From Chloracidobacterium sp. (GTDB lineage Bacteria > Acidobacteriota > Blastocatellia > Pyrinomonadales > Pyrinomonadaceae), in assembly GCA_016716305.1 (NCBI GenBank), contig JADJWP010000001.1, positions 350,391 through 414,390 of the forward strand: a DNA stretch of 64,000 bases. Reading direction: 5' to 3'. Shown here one piece after another: positions 27,318 to 38,666 of the stretch (position 1 is its first letter; each line of letters begins with the position of its first letter). Made by a program: the position numbers and the translations under genes. The notes below the pieces were generated by a model. It was not told the origin of the DNA, did not search any database, and saw nothing but the letters and a program-made list of their open reading frames with translations.

Positions 27318-30221
27318 CTAATCCAACATCGCCTTCAAAGCCTGTCCGGTGAACGACCTCCTGACCTTTGCAACCTCCTCGGGCGTTCCCGTTGCGACCA
27401 CCTTACCGCCGCCAGAGCCGCCTTCGGGACCGAGGTCGATTATATAATCGGCTGATTTTATCACGTCCAGATGATGCTCGATAACGATCACCGTGTTTCC
27501 CGTATCGACGAGCTTTTGCAGAACATCGAGCAGCCTGTGAACATCGGCAAAATGAAGCCCTGTGGTCGGTTCATCAAGGATGTAAATAGTTTTTCCGGTC
27601 GCTCGTTTTGATAACTCCTTGGCGAGTTTGATCCGTTGTGCCTCGCCGCCGGAGAGCGTGGTCGATGATTGCCCGACCTTGATATAGCCAAGGCCGACGT
27701 CTAGCAGGGTCTCCAGCTTTTGCCTGATCTGCGGAATGTTCTCAAGCAGCGGCAAAGCGTCTTCGATCGTCGTGTCGAGCAGGTCAGCGATCGAGAGCCC
27801 TTTGTATTTGACGGCGAGCGTTTCGCGGTTATAGCGGTGGCCTCGGCAAACGTCGCAGGTGACGTAAACATCCGGCAGGAAATTCATCTCTATCCGCTTC
27901 ATCCCATCGCCTTCGCAGGCTTCGCAGCGGCCGCCCTTTACATTGAACGAGAAACGGCCGGCCTTATAACCTCGCTGCCGCGATTCGGGCAGCATGGCAT
28001 ATAGGTCACGTATCGGCGAGAACAGTCCCGTATATGTCGCGGGATTCGAACGCGGCGTGCGCCCGATCGGCGATTGATCGATCTCGATTATCTTGTCTAC
28101 GAGATCGATGCCCTCGATCGAATCGTGTTCTAACGGCTGCAAATTCGATCTATAAACCTGTTTGTAGAGCGCCGGATACAGAATATCCTCGACCAGGGTC
28201 GATTTGCCCGAGCCCGAAACGCCCGTAACCACCGTCAAAAGCCCGAGCGGGAATTCGACGTCAATATTCTTGAGGTTGTGCGCGCGTGCCCCTTTTACTT
28301 TGATCCGGCTGCCGTTCGGCAATCGACGAAACTCAGGAATCTCGATCTTCACTTCGCCCTTGAGATATTTGCCCGTCAATGAGGCTTCGGTGTTTTTGAT
28401 CTCGCTCGGTGAACCGACAGCGATGACCTCGCCGCCGTGCGTCCCGGCCATTGGCCCAAGATCGATGACGTAATCTGCGTTTTCGATCGTTTCTTCGTCG
28501 TGTTCAACGACCAGGACCGTATTGCCGAGGTCGCGAAGCTTTTGAAGCGTATCCAGCAGCTTTCTGTTGTCGCGCGGATGGAGCCCGATGCTCGGTTCAT
28601 CCAATACGTACAACACACCTCGGAGATGTGATCCGATCTGCGTTGCCAGCCTTATGCGTTGACCTTCGCCGCCCGATAGCGTCCCGGATCCGCGATCGAG
28701 CGTCAGATATCCGAGCCCGACCGCATCAAGAAACTGCAGCCGGCCATTTATCTCTTTGAGGACAAGTCCGGCGATCTTTTCTTCGCGCTTCGTTAGCTTG
28801 ATCTCGGCGAATCGTTTGACGGCCTCGGTGATCGGCAACGCGGTATATTCGCCGATACCTCGTCCGTTTATCCTTACGGCAAGGCTTTCGGGCTGGAGCC
28901 GAGCACCGTTGCAGATCGGACATGGAACGGGAGCGACCAATTCGATCAGGGCCTCACGCGTTTTCTCGGACGGCGGATTCTCGAGCCGCTCCTTCATCGC
29001 CTTCAATGCACCTTTCCAGTCGCTCTCGTATTTATACTCGCCCTGGCGAAATGTCAGCCGTTTCTTTGTTCCGAAAAGAAAGGCGTTTCGGATCTCTTCA
29101 GGAAGTTCGGCGAACGGAGTTTCGATCAGGCTCTTATGACCGTCTGCTTCCGTAATGACATCCGCCTTTTTTCGTTTTCCTTTCTTCCGTGCCCTCGCTC
29201 CCTCGACCGGCGGTTCGAGCTTGTCTCCGTCGACGAATCGTTCGATGATGGCCAGCAACGCTGATCGTAGAAACGATGCTCCCGAACGGTCAGCTCCGCT
29301 GAGAAACTCGATCTTTCCGGCAGCGATCGAAGGGTCGGGTACGATCTTATTGACATCGATCTCCATCACCGTCCCTATCCCCTGACAATGTTTACACGCC
29401 CCGTAGGCCGAGTTGAACGAAAACGATCGCGGCTCAAGCGTGGCGATGTTGATTCCGCAATCGACGCACGCCATCTTTTCCGAATAGAGCTTTTCGTCGC
29501 CATCGACGATCGAAACAAGTACGCCTCCGTTCGCCAGTTTTAGCGCGGTTCTGACCGATTCATTCAGACGGTCCTTTACGCCGTCTTTTATCAAAAGCCG
29601 GTCGACGACGATCTCGATCGTGTGATTTCGACGTTTATCGAGGATTATCTCCTCGTCGAGCTGCCGCATCTCGCCGTCGATCCGGGCTCTGACAAAGCCG
29701 TCTTTGTGAAACTTTTCCAGCTCCTTTTTGAATTCACCCTTTCGGCCGCGAACGACCGGGGCAAGGATCATTACCCGTTCACCGTTCGGGAGTTCAAGGA
29801 TCCCGCCGACGATCTGTTCTACTGTTTGCCTTGTGATCGGCGCACCGCATTGGTGGCAATGAGGCTGACCGATCGACGAGAACAGAAGTCTCAGGTAATC
29901 GTATATTTCGGTAACGGTACCAACAGTTGAACGAGGGCTTCGAGAAACGGTCTTTTGTTCGATCGAGATCGCAGGGCTTAAACCTTCGATCGAATCGACA
30001 TCCGGCTTTTCGAGCTGATCAAGGAATTGACGGGCGTAAGCCGACAACGATTCGACATAACGCCTCTGGCCCTCGGCGTAGATCGTATCGAATGCAAGCG
30101 ACGATTTACCCGAGCCTGAAAGGCCGGTGATCACGGTGAACTTATCGCGAGGGATCTCGACGTCGATGTTTTTGAGGTTATGTTGGCGTGCCCCGCGGAC
30201 AGTGATCTGCTTGATGCTCAT
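27318..30221 (-). CDS. uvrA: excinuclease ABC subunit A
   Basis: 967 aa. '[61 protein letters not shown]', two ABC modules and Zn-finger Cys clusters. Confidence 0.97.
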   Translation of the reverse strand: MSIKQITVRGARQHNLKNIDVEIPRDKFTVITGLSGSGKSSLAFDTIYAEGQRRYVESLSAYARQFLDQLEKPDVDSIEGLSPAISIEQKTVSRSPRSTVGTVTEIYDYLRLLFSSIGQPHCHQCGAPITRQTVEQIVGGILELPNGERVMILAPVVRGRKGEFKKELEKFHKDGFVRARIDGEMRQLDEEIILDKRRNHTIEIVVDRLLIKDGVKDRLNESVRTALKLANGGVLVSIVDGDEKLYSEKMACVDCGINIATLEPRSFSFNSAYGACKHCQGIGTVMEIDVNKIVPDPSIAAGKIEFLSGADRSGASFLRSALLAIIERFVDGDKLEPPVEGARARKKGKRKKADVITEADGHKSLIETPFAELPEEIRNAFLFGTKKRLTFRQGEYKYESDWKGALKAMKERLENPPSEKTREALIELVAPVPCPICNGARLQPESLAVRINGRGIGEYTALPITEAVKRFAEIKLTKREEKIAGLVLKEINGRLQFLDAVGLGYLTLDRGSGTLSGGEGQRIRLATQIGSHLRGVLYVLDEPSIGLHPRDNRKLLDTLQKLRDLGNTVLVVEHDEETIENADYVIDLGPMAGTHGGEVIAVGSPSEIKNTEASLTGKYLKGEVKIEIPEFRRLPNGSRIKVKGARAHNLKNIDVEFPLGLLTVVTGVSGSGKSTLVEDILYPALYKQVYRSNLQPLEHDSIEGIDLVDKIIEIDQSPIGRTPRSNPATYTGLFSPIRDLYAMLPESRQRGYKAGRFSFNVKGGRCEACEGDGMKRIEMNFLPDVYVTCDVCRGHRYNRETLAVKYKGLSIADLLDTTIEDALPLLENIPQIRQKLETLLDVGLGYIKVGQSSTTLSGGEAQRIKLAKELSKRATGKTIYILDEPTTGLHFADVHRLLDVLQKLVDTGNTVIVIEHHLDVIKSADYIIDLGPEGGSGGGKVVATGTPEEVAKVRRSFTGQALKAMLD

Positions 30222-30271
30222 TACGGTGTAAAACTCTGTCTAGTACCGAAACGAGCATTATATCAATCCGG

Positions 30272-31216
30272 TCAGCTAAACGTAAGCACCGCCCATAGCG
30301 AAACGGATGCGATGATGACCCAGAGCAGCGTACCCTGCAGGAAAGGACGCCACCCGACCCGCTTCAGCATCTTTCTTGAAAGGCTAAGGCCGATCAGGAA
30401 AAGCGTGACCGTAAAACCGGCCTTTGCGAGGTTCACCAACGAATCAAAGACGCTCGGGAAAACGAATAGCGGGGCGTAAGTTCGAATTGCAGCCGCAGCC
30501 ACGAATAGAAAAATGAACCACGGGATCGCGATCTTCGTTTTCGAACCACCCTCGTGGTAAACGAATGCAAGAACGATAGCAAGCGGGGCGATCCACAGCG
30601 CCCGGGCAAGCTTTACCGTGGCGGCAACTGCAAGCGCTTCGGGGCCATATACCGTCGAGGCTCCGACGACCGAGCTTGTATCCTGTATGGCCACCGCCGC
30701 CCAAAGACCGAACTGATTCTGAGTAAGCCCCAGGAAATGCCCGATCATCGGAAAAGCGACCAACGCGATCGAGTTCAGGACAAAGATCGTCCCGAGCGAG
30801 ACCGACATCTCGTCGTTCTCGGCCTTGATCGCCGGCCCGATCGCCGCGATCGCACTTCCGCCGCAGATCGCAGTTCCTGAAGAGATAAGCGTCGAGACCC
30901 TCGCCGGGATCTTGAGAAGTTTCCCTATCGCGTAGCCAAGGAACAGGGCTCCAAAAACGACGCCAAGAATAAAGAAAATTCCGCTTTTGCCGGCTTGATA
31001 GACAGCTCCGAGATTCATCCCAAAGCCGAGCATGGCGACCGATGCCTGGAGCAGGTATTTTGCCGGTTTGCCTGACAGCTCGGGGAAAGGATTTCCGATC
31101 GTCAGGGCAACGAACAGCCCAAGTGCGAGTGCCGCTGCGGGCGAGCCCCACGGGGATAAAATGAACACGATCAGAACGAAAAAGAGAGCTTTTTGCCAGG
31201 ACATACGAAGTGACAA
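30272..31216 (-). CDS. YeiH/UPF0324 family membrane protein (putative sulfate exporter family)
   Basis: 314 aa with about 10 TM segments. 'SSGTAICGGSAIAA', 'FGLWAAVAIQDTSSVVGA' and 'K..RALWI.PL' fit my recollection of the family pattern. Confidence 0.75.
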   Translation of the reverse strand: MSLRMSWQKALFFVLIVFILSPWGSPAAALALGLFVALTIGNPFPELSGKPAKYLLQASVAMLGFGMNLGAVYQAGKSGIFFILGVVFGALFLGYAIGKLLKIPARVSTLISSGTAICGGSAIAAIGPAIKAENDEMSVSLGTIFVLNSIALVAFPMIGHFLGLTQNQFGLWAAVAIQDTSSVVGASTVYGPEALAVAATVKLARALWIAPLAIVLAFVYHEGGSKTKIAIPWFIFLFVAAAAIRTYAPLFVFPSVFDSLVNLAKAGFTVTLFLIGLSLSRKMLKRVGWRPFLQGTLLWVIIASVSLWAVLTFS

Positions 31217-31289
31217 AGTATAAAAGTGAAAGGGCGAAAATGGAAATCGAACATCTCCTTTTCGCCCTTTCTCTTATGTGTCGATTGCC

Positions 31290-32030
31290 CTACTTTGCCT
31301 TCCCCTGGTTTGCCACGGCCTCCTGTGCAGCTTTGATGGCCTCAGCGTCGCCCAGGTAATAGCTGTTGAGCCGCTTTAGATCATCGTCGAGTTCATAGAC
31401 GAGCGGCACACCGGTCGGGATATTCAGCTTGACGATCTCGTCATCCGAAATTCCATCGAGGTGCTTGACCAGGGCACGCAGGCTGTTGCCGTGCGCCGCG
31501 ACGATCAGGCGTTTACCCGCTTTGACTTTAGGCCCGATCTCGCTTTCCCAGTAAGGTACGACGCGGGCGACTGTGTCCTTGAGGCACTCGGTCTTTGGAA
31601 AATTCACGATATCGGCATAGCGCGGATCGTTGCCAAGATACCGTTCGTCCGATTCGTCCAATTCCGGCGGCGGAATGTCATAACTCCGACGCCAGACCAA
31701 CACCTGCTCGTCACCGTATTTCGCGGCCGTTTCGGCCTTGTCGAGCCCCTGCAGACCGCCGTAATGCCGTTCGTTGAGCAGCCACGATTTGGTCTCCGGG
31801 ATCCACATCTGGTCCATTTCGCTCAGCACAAGCCAAAGCGTCCGGATCGCCCGTTTCAGCACCGAAGTGTACGCCTCGTCAAACGCAAAACCTTCGGCCT
31901 TCAGCAATTCGCCCGCAGCCTTTGCCTCCGCAATTCCCTTTTCGGAAAGATCGACATCCTTCCAACCCGTGAACCTGTTCTCTTTGTTCCACTGGCTCTC
32001 GCCGTGGCGTATCAGTACTATTTTGTGCAT
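31290..32030 (-). CDS. gpmA: 2,3-bisphosphoglycerate-dependent phosphoglycerate mutase
   Basis: From the internal ATG: '[29 protein letters not shown]', 'ERHYG' and '[10 protein letters not shown]'. Confidence 0.92.
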   Translation of the reverse strand: MHKIVLIRHGESQWNKENRFTGWKDVDLSEKGIAEAKAAGELLKAEGFAFDEAYTSVLKRAIRTLWLVLSEMDQMWIPETKSWLLNERHYGGLQGLDKAETAAKYGDEQVLVWRRSYDIPPPELDESDERYLGNDPRYADIVNFPKTECLKDTVARVVPYWESEIGPKVKAGKRLIVAAHGNSLRALVKHLDGISDDEIVKLNIPTGVPLVYELDDDLKRLNSYYLGDAEAIKAAQEAVANQGKAK

Positions 32031-32061
32031 AACTGGAACGCCGGCGTTTTGCAGGCGATGT

Positions 32062-33330
32062 TCAATTATTGAACAACTTCTTAACTTCACCAACCAGGTA
32101 AAGAGATCCGGTGACTAAAATCATGCCTCCCGGAGGTGTAACTTCTCGAGCTTTTTCGAGAGCATCGGCCACGTTTTCGGTTTTAACTACTTTGGATCTA
32201 TCAATACTCGCCGGCGCCTGAGCCAAAAGTCCATCAGGTGACAAGGCTCTTATATTTGCCGGCCGCGTCAATATCACTCGCTCGGCCCGCGGCCATAAAA
32301 TTTTGGCGATCTTGCTTATGTCCTTCTCTTTCATCGCGCCAAAGATCATTGTGATCGGCTTGTCTACAAACTCATCGAGGTAAGCAGCAAGGGCCTCGGC
32401 TCCGGCAACGTTGTGCGCACCGTCGAGCAAGAAATTGTCCTGGTATTCAAGCCGTCCGGGATGGATCGCAGATCTCAGGCCCGCGCTAATATCCTGGTCT
32501 CTTATCGAAAAATGCGTTCGCAACGCATCTGCCACAAGTATCGCAACTTCGGCATTCTCGACCTGGTGAGCACCGCGAAGGCTCAGGCTCCCGACAAGAG
32601 ATCGCAGCGGCATCCCGAGTGCGCTTTCGTCGAAAACCACGGCTGTCTCACGAACAAAAACGCCTCTACGGTGAGCCTCTCCGATCACGTCACGGAGGAC
32701 ATTCATTACTGGCGGAGATTGCCGGCCGATCAATACGGCTTCCGTCTGTTCACGGATTATTGCCGCCTTTTCCGCTGCGATCTCTTCGATCGTGTCGCCG
32801 AGGTATTCCTGATGGTCCAGGCCGATCCGAGTTATCGCGGCTATCTCTGCGTTGGCGGCAGTCGTTGCGTCTAGCCGACCTCCGAGGCCGGTTTCGAGAA
32901 TTGCGAGTTCGACCTTCGCTTCGGCAAAAGCCGTCAGAGCGATCGCCGTTACCTGTTCAAAGAAAGTGGGCGTGTAGGTCAGCTTGCCCTCGGCAAGAAG
33001 CCTTTCGGAGGTCTCGCGGACCAACGCAGCAAGCCTGGCAAAATCGCTCTCGCTGATATCGTCACCGTCTATCTTTATGCGTTCGGTGATCGAAACAAGG
33101 TGCGGCGAAGTATAGAGCCCACGCCGAATGCCAGCCTCGCCGCAGATCGAATCCAGAAACGCGCACACCGAGCCTTTTCCGTTGGTCCCCGCAACTTGAA
33201 CCTTGAGATAATTCTCATGCGGTTCCCCAAGAGCAGTTAGAAGCGTCCGTATATTCTCCAACCCGAGCTTCATCGCCTCGACCTCGTTGCCGAGCGATAA
33301 AAGATAACCGTTTGCTTCGTCAAAATTCAT
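32062..33330 (-). CDS. folC: bifunctional folylpolyglutamate synthase/dihydrofolate synthase
   Basis: '[13 protein letters not shown]', '[13 protein letters not shown]', '[13 protein letters not shown]' and '[12 protein letters not shown]'. Confidence 0.88.
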   Translation of the reverse strand: MNFDEANGYLLSLGNEVEAMKLGLENIRTLLTALGEPHENYLKVQVAGTNGKGSVCAFLDSICGEAGIRRGLYTSPHLVSITERIKIDGDDISESDFARLAALVRETSERLLAEGKLTYTPTFFEQVTAIALTAFAEAKVELAILETGLGGRLDATTAANAEIAAITRIGLDHQEYLGDTIEEIAAEKAAIIREQTEAVLIGRQSPPVMNVLRDVIGEAHRRGVFVRETAVVFDESALGMPLRSLVGSLSLRGAHQVENAEVAILVADALRTHFSIRDQDISAGLRSAIHPGRLEYQDNFLLDGAHNVAGAEALAAYLDEFVDKPITMIFGAMKEKDISKIAKILWPRAERVILTRPANIRALSPDGLLAQAPASIDRSKVVKTENVADALEKAREVTPPGGMILVTGSLYLVGEVKKLFNN

Positions 33331-33396
33331 CGGGATCCGCAGGTTTCACTTAGGGTTCAAAACACTTTCCTATAAAATAGACCGAAAAATCGAAAT

Positions 33397-34557
33397 ATGA
33401 CGACCAAAACAGATCGCAGAGAATTTCTAGTGACAACGGCCGGATTAGCGGCCGTACCCGCGTTGCTGTCTGCCCCGAACGCGAAGGCCCAAAACGGCCC
33501 GAAGGCAGGTTGGGCGATCGTCGGCCTTGGCAACTATGCGCAGTATGCGATGCAGCGTTTCGCTCCGTCAAACACGTCCCGGATCGCGGCTCTTGTTAGC
33601 AGCGACCGGGCCAAGGCCGAACAATTCGCTATCCGGTACAGCGTAAGGTCCGACAGCATTTACAATTACGAGAATTTCGACTCCATCAAAGATAACAAAG
33701 ATGTTTCGGTCGTTTACATCATAACCCCAAACGGCACTCATGCCGACTTAGCTATTCGGGCGATGGAAGCGGGCAAACACGTGATCGTCGAGAAGACGAT
33801 GGCCGCGACAACTGTCGACGCTATCAGAATGATCAATGCGGCAAAGCGGCTGAACAAAAAGCTGATGGTCGCCTACAGGGCGAGGTTCGAACCGTTCAAT
33901 CAGAACGTGATCCGCATGGCCCGTGAAGAGGAATTCGGAAAGATCACTTCGATCGTCGCACACAAAGGCTTTGCGATCGGCAATGCTCTCGGCAAGAACA
34001 ACTGGCGCCTCGACCGAAAGCTGATCGGCGGCGGATCGCTAGTTGACATCGGTGTTTACAGCGTTCAGGCGTGCCGTTATATCGCCGGTGCGGAACCGGT
34101 CGAAGTGACGGCCAGCATCAGTAATACATCCGGCGATCCGCGATTTAAGGACGTGGAAGAAAGCATTGCATTCACGCTGAAGTTTCCGAACGGATGTCTT
34201 GCGACCGGATCCGCAAGTTGGAATTATTCACTGCAGAATTATTTCCGTGCCGTCGGCACAAAGGGATGGGTGGAACTTGATCCGGCGACGAGCAATGCAA
34301 ATCTGCGGATGTTCGCCTCGAAAGATGTCGTTCGATCGGGTCCGGCGCCACAGCCGAGCCGCGTCGTCGAAGAACGTTTTTTCCCGAGCGTCGATCAATT
34401 GCCCGTGATGTTCGATCACTTCTCCGATTGCGTCCTTAACGATAAACAGCCGATGCTGGCGATGGAAGAAGGCCTCCGTGACCTCGAGGTCATCGAGGCG
34501 ATCTACGAGAGCGCCCGGACGGGCAAAGCCGTTACGCCGAAATATGCCGCGATCTAG
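33397..34557 (+). CDS. Tat-exported Gfo/Idh/MocA family oxidoreductase
   Basis: Twin-arginine signal 'TDRREFLVTTAGLAAVPALLSAPNAKA'. Rossmann 'WAIVGLGNYA' and 'EKTMA' motifs. Confidence 0.85.
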   Translation: MTTKTDRREFLVTTAGLAAVPALLSAPNAKAQNGPKAGWAIVGLGNYAQYAMQRFAPSNTSRIAALVSSDRAKAEQFAIRYSVRSDSIYNYENFDSIKDNKDVSVVYIITPNGTHADLAIRAMEAGKHVIVEKTMAATTVDAIRMINAAKRLNKKLMVAYRARFEPFNQNVIRMAREEEFGKITSIVAHKGFAIGNALGKNNWRLDRKLIGGGSLVDIGVYSVQACRYIAGAEPVEVTASISNTSGDPRFKDVEESIAFTLKFPNGCLATGSASWNYSLQNYFRAVGTKGWVELDPATSNANLRMFASKDVVRSGPAPQPSRVVEERFFPSVDQLPVMFDHFSDCVLNDKQPMLAMEEGLRDLEVIEAIYESARTGKAVTPKYAAI

Positions 34558-35000
34558 CTGCCGAGCAGCCGTCGATGATAGTTGATCTGGCCAAGGTGGT
34601 AGTTGAGGTGTGTGGCGAGATGGACGAGGAAGAATTCCGTCGTCATTGGATGGCCGAAGACCTCGATCGGATAAGTTCTTGTAAGATCGTCAGCCGTAAG
34701 TTTCTCCAGCGTAGCGAGCACATCGGCTACCGCTTGATCGACGCCGGCAAGTAGATCGGCCCGCGAAACTCTTACATCTGAGAATTCTCTATCGCGGTCA
34801 CGAACGTATCCGGTATCGCCGAGCACTGCACCAAAGAAATGCCGGAGATTGCCAACAAGATGCAGAGTCAGATTTCCCGCCGAATTTGCTATCTTGCCGT
34901 CTACCCGCCAGAGATCGGCCTCGTTCAAATACAACTCGATCTCGGCCTTGAGCTTCGCAAGGTCGCGCCTGTATATGTCGATAAGTATCTGATTCAGCAT
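34554..35000 (-). CDS. DinB-superfamily (DUF1572-like) protein
   Basis: Four-helix bundle pattern with His residues 'LTLHLVGNLRHF' and 'HLATHLNYHLGQI'. Confidence 0.7.
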   Translation of the reverse strand: MLNQILIDIYRRDLAKLKAEIELYLNEADLWRVDGKIANSAGNLTLHLVGNLRHFFGAVLGDTGYVRDRDREFSDVRVSRADLLAGVDQAVADVLATLEKLTADDLTRTYPIEVFGHPMTTEFFLVHLATHLNYHLGQINYHRRLLGS

Positions 35001-35006
35001 ATGCGC

Positions 35007-35879
35007 TCAAGCTTTGGCAGCAGCTGCGGGGTTCATCATGAACTCAAGCACCCTGACAATGGTGTCTTTCATCTCGCGTCGGTCGACGACGATGTCCACC
35101 ATCCCGTGTTCGAGCAGGAATTCGCTGCGTTGAAATCCTTTGGGCAGTTTCTGGCGGATGGTCTGTTCGATCACGCGTGGGCCGGCGAAGCCGATCAGGG
35201 CCTTTGGCTCCGCGATTATCACATCGCCAAGCATCGCAAAGCTCGCGGTGACGCCGCCCGTGGTCGGGTCGGTGAGAACCGAAATGAAAGGTAACCTCGC
35301 TTCGTGGAGCAACGAAAGGGCGGCCGAGATCTTGCCCATCTGCATCAACGAAAGCGTTCCTTCCTGCATCCGGGCGCCGCCCGACGCTGCAAAGATAACC
35401 ACTGCCCCGCGATTCTCCAATGCACGTTCGATCTGACGGGTGATCTTTTCGCCGACAGCCGAGCCCATCGATCCGCCGATGAACGACATATCCATCGCAC
35501 CTGCGTAAACAAGATGTCCGCCGACCTTACCGGCACCCGAGACTATCGCTTCCGGCAGCCCGGAGCTCTCCTTTGCTGCCTCGATACGTTGAATGTAAGG
35601 TTTTGTATCGACAAACCCGAGCGGATCGCCTGAGGTGACCTCCTGGTCGAGGAGTTCGAATTTTCCGTCGTCAAACAGCGCGGCGAGACGGTTCATCGCC
35701 GGGTACCTGAAGTGATAATCGCAATGTGTGCAAACCTGATGAGATTCGATCAGCTCGCGCTTATAGAGCGGATTTTCGCATTCCGGGCACTTCACGAAGA
35801 TCCCTTCGGTCCTGACGTTGCGCTCTCCGCCATCGGGCTGATTGTCTATCTTGGGTTTGTCTCTTCGAAGCCATGACAT
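35007..35879 (-). CDS. accD: acetyl-CoA carboxylase carboxyltransferase beta subunit
   Basis: From the internal ATG 'MSWLRR'. Zn ribbon 'CPECENPLY...CTHCDYHFR' and 'SFIGGSMGSAVGEK...ASGGARMQEG'. Confidence 0.9.
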   Translation of the reverse strand: MSWLRRDKPKIDNQPDGGERNVRTEGIFVKCPECENPLYKRELIESHQVCTHCDYHFRYPAMNRLAALFDDGKFELLDQEVTSGDPLGFVDTKPYIQRIEAAKESSGLPEAIVSGAGKVGGHLVYAGAMDMSFIGGSMGSAVGEKITRQIERALENRGAVVIFAASGGARMQEGTLSLMQMGKISAALSLLHEARLPFISVLTDPTTGGVTASFAMLGDVIIAEPKALIGFAGPRVIEQTIRQKLPKGFQRSEFLLEHGMVDIVVDRREMKDTIVRVLEFMMNPAAAAKA

Positions 35880-35993
35880 AATTCGGTGGCCGAACGCTGG
35901 CAGCACAAGAAAAAAGATCGATCGATCGCGCGGCAAGTCAGCTGTTACGGTTAACCTAGACTAGCATAAGCGGCGGCGGCTTGTCGCAGGCGG

Positions 35994-36758
35994 CTATTTG
36001 AGAATCCCGGTCATTTGTTCGTGAATAAGGCCGTTGCTCGCGACGATCGGCGGCGTGTAGATACTGAATTTCGCACCGTCATAATAGCTGACCACTCCGC
36101 CGGCTTCTTCGATAAGGAGCTTACCCGCCGCTACGTCCCAAGGATTGAGCCCTTCTTCCCAGAAGCCGTCGAAACGGCCGCATGCGACATATGCCATGTC
36201 GATCGCCGCCGAACCGTCGCGCCGAACGCCCCGCGACGCAAGCAGGAATTCCGTCAAATGCCGGGCAAATTTCTCACGGACCTTGAAGTCGTATGGAAAA
36301 CCTGTGACGAGAAGCGCGTTGCCAAGTTCCGCCGTGGCCGAAACGCGTATCGGCTTGCCATTGAGCGTTGCACCGCGGCCTTTTTCGGCCGCAAAAAGCT
36401 CGTCTCGCGTCGGGTCATATGTAACACCCGAAACGATCTCGCCATTGTGTTCCAGCGCGATCGTCACGCAAAAGCACGGGTAGCCATGTGCGTAATTGGT
36501 CGTGCCGTCGAGCGGGTCGATGATCCATTTGAATTCCGAATTACCTCCGATCACGATCGCCTCGCCCGATTCTTCGGCAAGAATGGCGTGACGCGGAAAA
36601 TGCGATCGTATCCGCTCGATGATCAACGCCTCCGAAGCAAGATCGGCCTCGGTGACCAGATTGATGTCGCCTTTTTTTGTGATCGTTTCGATCCGGCCAA
36701 ATTTCTCAAGTAAAACCCGCCCGGCATCGCGGGCGGTTTCGATAGCAAAATTGAGCAT
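35994..36758 (-). CDS. suhB: inositol monophosphatase family protein
   Basis: 'AEESG', 'WIIDPLDGTTNYAHG' and 'GSAAIDMAYVACGRFDGFWE'. Confidence 0.85.
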   Translation of the reverse strand: MLNFAIETARDAGRVLLEKFGRIETITKKGDINLVTEADLASEALIIERIRSHFPRHAILAEESGEAIVIGGNSEFKWIIDPLDGTTNYAHGYPCFCVTIALEHNGEIVSGVTYDPTRDELFAAEKGRGATLNGKPIRVSATAELGNALLVTGFPYDFKVREKFARHLTEFLLASRGVRRDGSAAIDMAYVACGRFDGFWEEGLNPWDVAAGKLLIEEAGGVVSYYDGAKFSIYTPPIVASNGLIHEQMTGILK

Positions 36759-36837
36759 TTGTTTATTCGATCGCAGAACCTGCAGAGTCAGCCAAAACGA
36801 AATTCTCCCACTGTTCCCCTGGTCCGCCGAAGAACCA

Positions 36838-38178
36838 TCACTTCAGAATAGCAACGATCTCGGTCTGATGCGGAGCAGTGATCAGAACGTCCTTTCCGTC
36901 GATGTAGACATCGATCTCCGATCGTATGCCGAACCTACCGCTGAGGTAAATTCCGGGCTCGATCGAAAACGCCGTTCCGGCGATCAGCCGACGCGAATCG
37001 CGCGTCTCGAGATTATCGATGTTAGCGCCGTTCCCGTGCCCTTCCTCGCCGATCGAGTGGCCCGTTCGGTGCAGGAATTGATCGGCGTATCCTGCCTTCG
37101 CGATAACACCGCGTGCTACGTCGTCAGCCTCGGCCCCGGTGATCTGCCGCCCGTTCTTGAACGCCTCTCGGATTGCCTTCAACGCCGATTGCTGTGCATC
37201 GAATACGATATTCCAGACCTTCGCATATTCCTCAGGAACGGTCTCGCCGACATAGCCGACCCACGTCAGATCTGCGGCCGGAGATCTCGGTTTTTTCACT
37301 TTTGTCACCGTATCTATCAGAACTAGATCTCCCCGATTTATCGGAGATCCTTTTCCCGCCCGCGGAAAATAATGCGGTGACGCCGCATTCGCGTTGACCG
37401 CCACAATCATCGGCGACGGGTTCATTCCCTCTTCCTCGTACCGTTTCATCATGAACTGCTGCACGTCGTTCTCGGTCGTCGGGATGCCGGCATTTATGCG
37501 GCGTTTGATCTCAGCAAACGCTTCGATGATGATCTTCTGCATCTTGGTCGCCGCTTCGGTATGCATCTGAAGCTGTTCCGGCGTCCAGACCGCCTCGAAC
37601 TGCTGCACCAGATCAGCGCTTGAGTCGATCGAGACACCCAGGGATCGAACCATCTCGATCGTTCCGGCATCGACCCGCGAGATATATGGAATGTCGTTGT
37701 TCGGCGAATATTGCATCGCGAGACGAAACTTGCCTTTCGGCCGCTTTTGCGAATAGACCGCGGCCTCGACCTGTTTCTTGAGCAGCGACCATTCGCGATA
37801 GATCAGCTTCTTACCCGGCAATGCGTCAAGCTGGCCCGGCTCGATGGTATGAACGACCTTCACCGGCTCACCATCTGCCGGAACAAAATAGAACCACCGC
37901 CGCGATCCGCTAAGCCGTTCGGTCTTAAGGATACGCGGTATGAGAATGTCGCTTCCCCGAAAATCGTAAAAGAGCCAGCCGTCAAACCCTTGCTGTTTCA
38001 GCGCGGCCTGTATCTCGAGGACGCGCTTTTCTTGTTCGGTTTGAACCTGAAAAGGGACCACGTCGATGCCTTCGATCTCGATCATCGAAGGTGACGCTGG
38101 CGTTCTGTTCACATGCTGACCATCGGCGGTGGCGAATAACAGGAATAATGCTGCAAAAATAACGAAAAGGTACTTCAT
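36838..38178 (-). CDS. secreted M24 family Xaa-Pro aminopeptidase
   Basis: Signal peptide. 'DLVLIDT', 'HRTGHSIGEEGHGNG' and 'FSIEPGIY' are the metal-ligand motifs of M24B. Confidence 0.85.
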   Translation of the reverse strand: MKYLFVIFAALFLLFATADGQHVNRTPASPSMIEIEGIDVVPFQVQTEQEKRVLEIQAALKQQGFDGWLFYDFRGSDILIPRILKTERLSGSRRWFYFVPADGEPVKVVHTIEPGQLDALPGKKLIYREWSLLKKQVEAAVYSQKRPKGKFRLAMQYSPNNDIPYISRVDAGTIEMVRSLGVSIDSSADLVQQFEAVWTPEQLQMHTEAATKMQKIIIEAFAEIKRRINAGIPTTENDVQQFMMKRYEEEGMNPSPMIVAVNANAASPHYFPRAGKGSPINRGDLVLIDTVTKVKKPRSPAADLTWVGYVGETVPEEYAKVWNIVFDAQQSALKAIREAFKNGRQITGAEADDVARGVIAKAGYADQFLHRTGHSIGEEGHGNGANIDNLETRDSRRLIAGTAFSIEPGIYLSGRFGIRSEIDVYIDGKDVLITAPHQTEIVAILK

Positions 38179-38208
38179 ATTCTGATGCCTGACGAATGCT
38201 CAACGTCG

Positions 38209-38655
38209 TTATCGAAAATAGATGTCAACGTAATCCGTCACAGGGTCGCAAGGATTACCCATTTGCATCAGCCGCCAATATTTCCGCGTGCCGGTTATCT
38301 TGAACGTGAATTCGCCTTCGCGCATACACGGTTCGCCGCCGTTTATGTGACTCACCTGTGTGACGATCGTACCGCTGAATGTGAATTCCTTCGTGTCTAT
38401 CCGCGAAATGGTTCCGTCGATCGTGACAAAGTCGGTATTCCCGCGGCCGCGCTGCTCGCCTTTCAAGGCATAAACGCCTTTCTTGTTCGTAACGGTCGCG
38501 GTTCCGAAGTAGTCCCAGCTGATCCATTGGAGGGACAGCATATGCTTGCCAAGCAGACGCTTCGCCGCAGCGGCGTCGGCGACCGCGGTCCTTGTCTGAG
38601 GGAAGACAGCCAATGGGAGGATCAGCAAAATGGTTACGAGCAATATCTTCTTCAT
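38209..38655 (-). CDS. secreted hypothetical protein
   Basis: 148 aa with signal peptide 'MKKILLVTILLILPLAVFPQ'. No family recognised. Confidence 0.5.
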   Translation of the reverse strand: MKKILLVTILLILPLAVFPQTRTAVADAAAAKRLLGKHMLSLQWISWDYFGTATVTNKKGVYALKGEQRGRGNTDFVTIDGTISRIDTKEFTFSGTIVTQVSHINGGEPCMREGEFTFKITGTRKYWRLMQMGNPCDPVTDYVDIYFR

Positions 38656-38666
38656 AATGTCACCCT

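Noticed and set aside
30444-32118. Alternative-frame and antisense ORFs over yeiH and gpmA (30444-31151, 31461-32072, 31774-32118)
   Set aside because: They overlap genes with clear family signatures. They have Arg/Pro-rich composition and no motifs.
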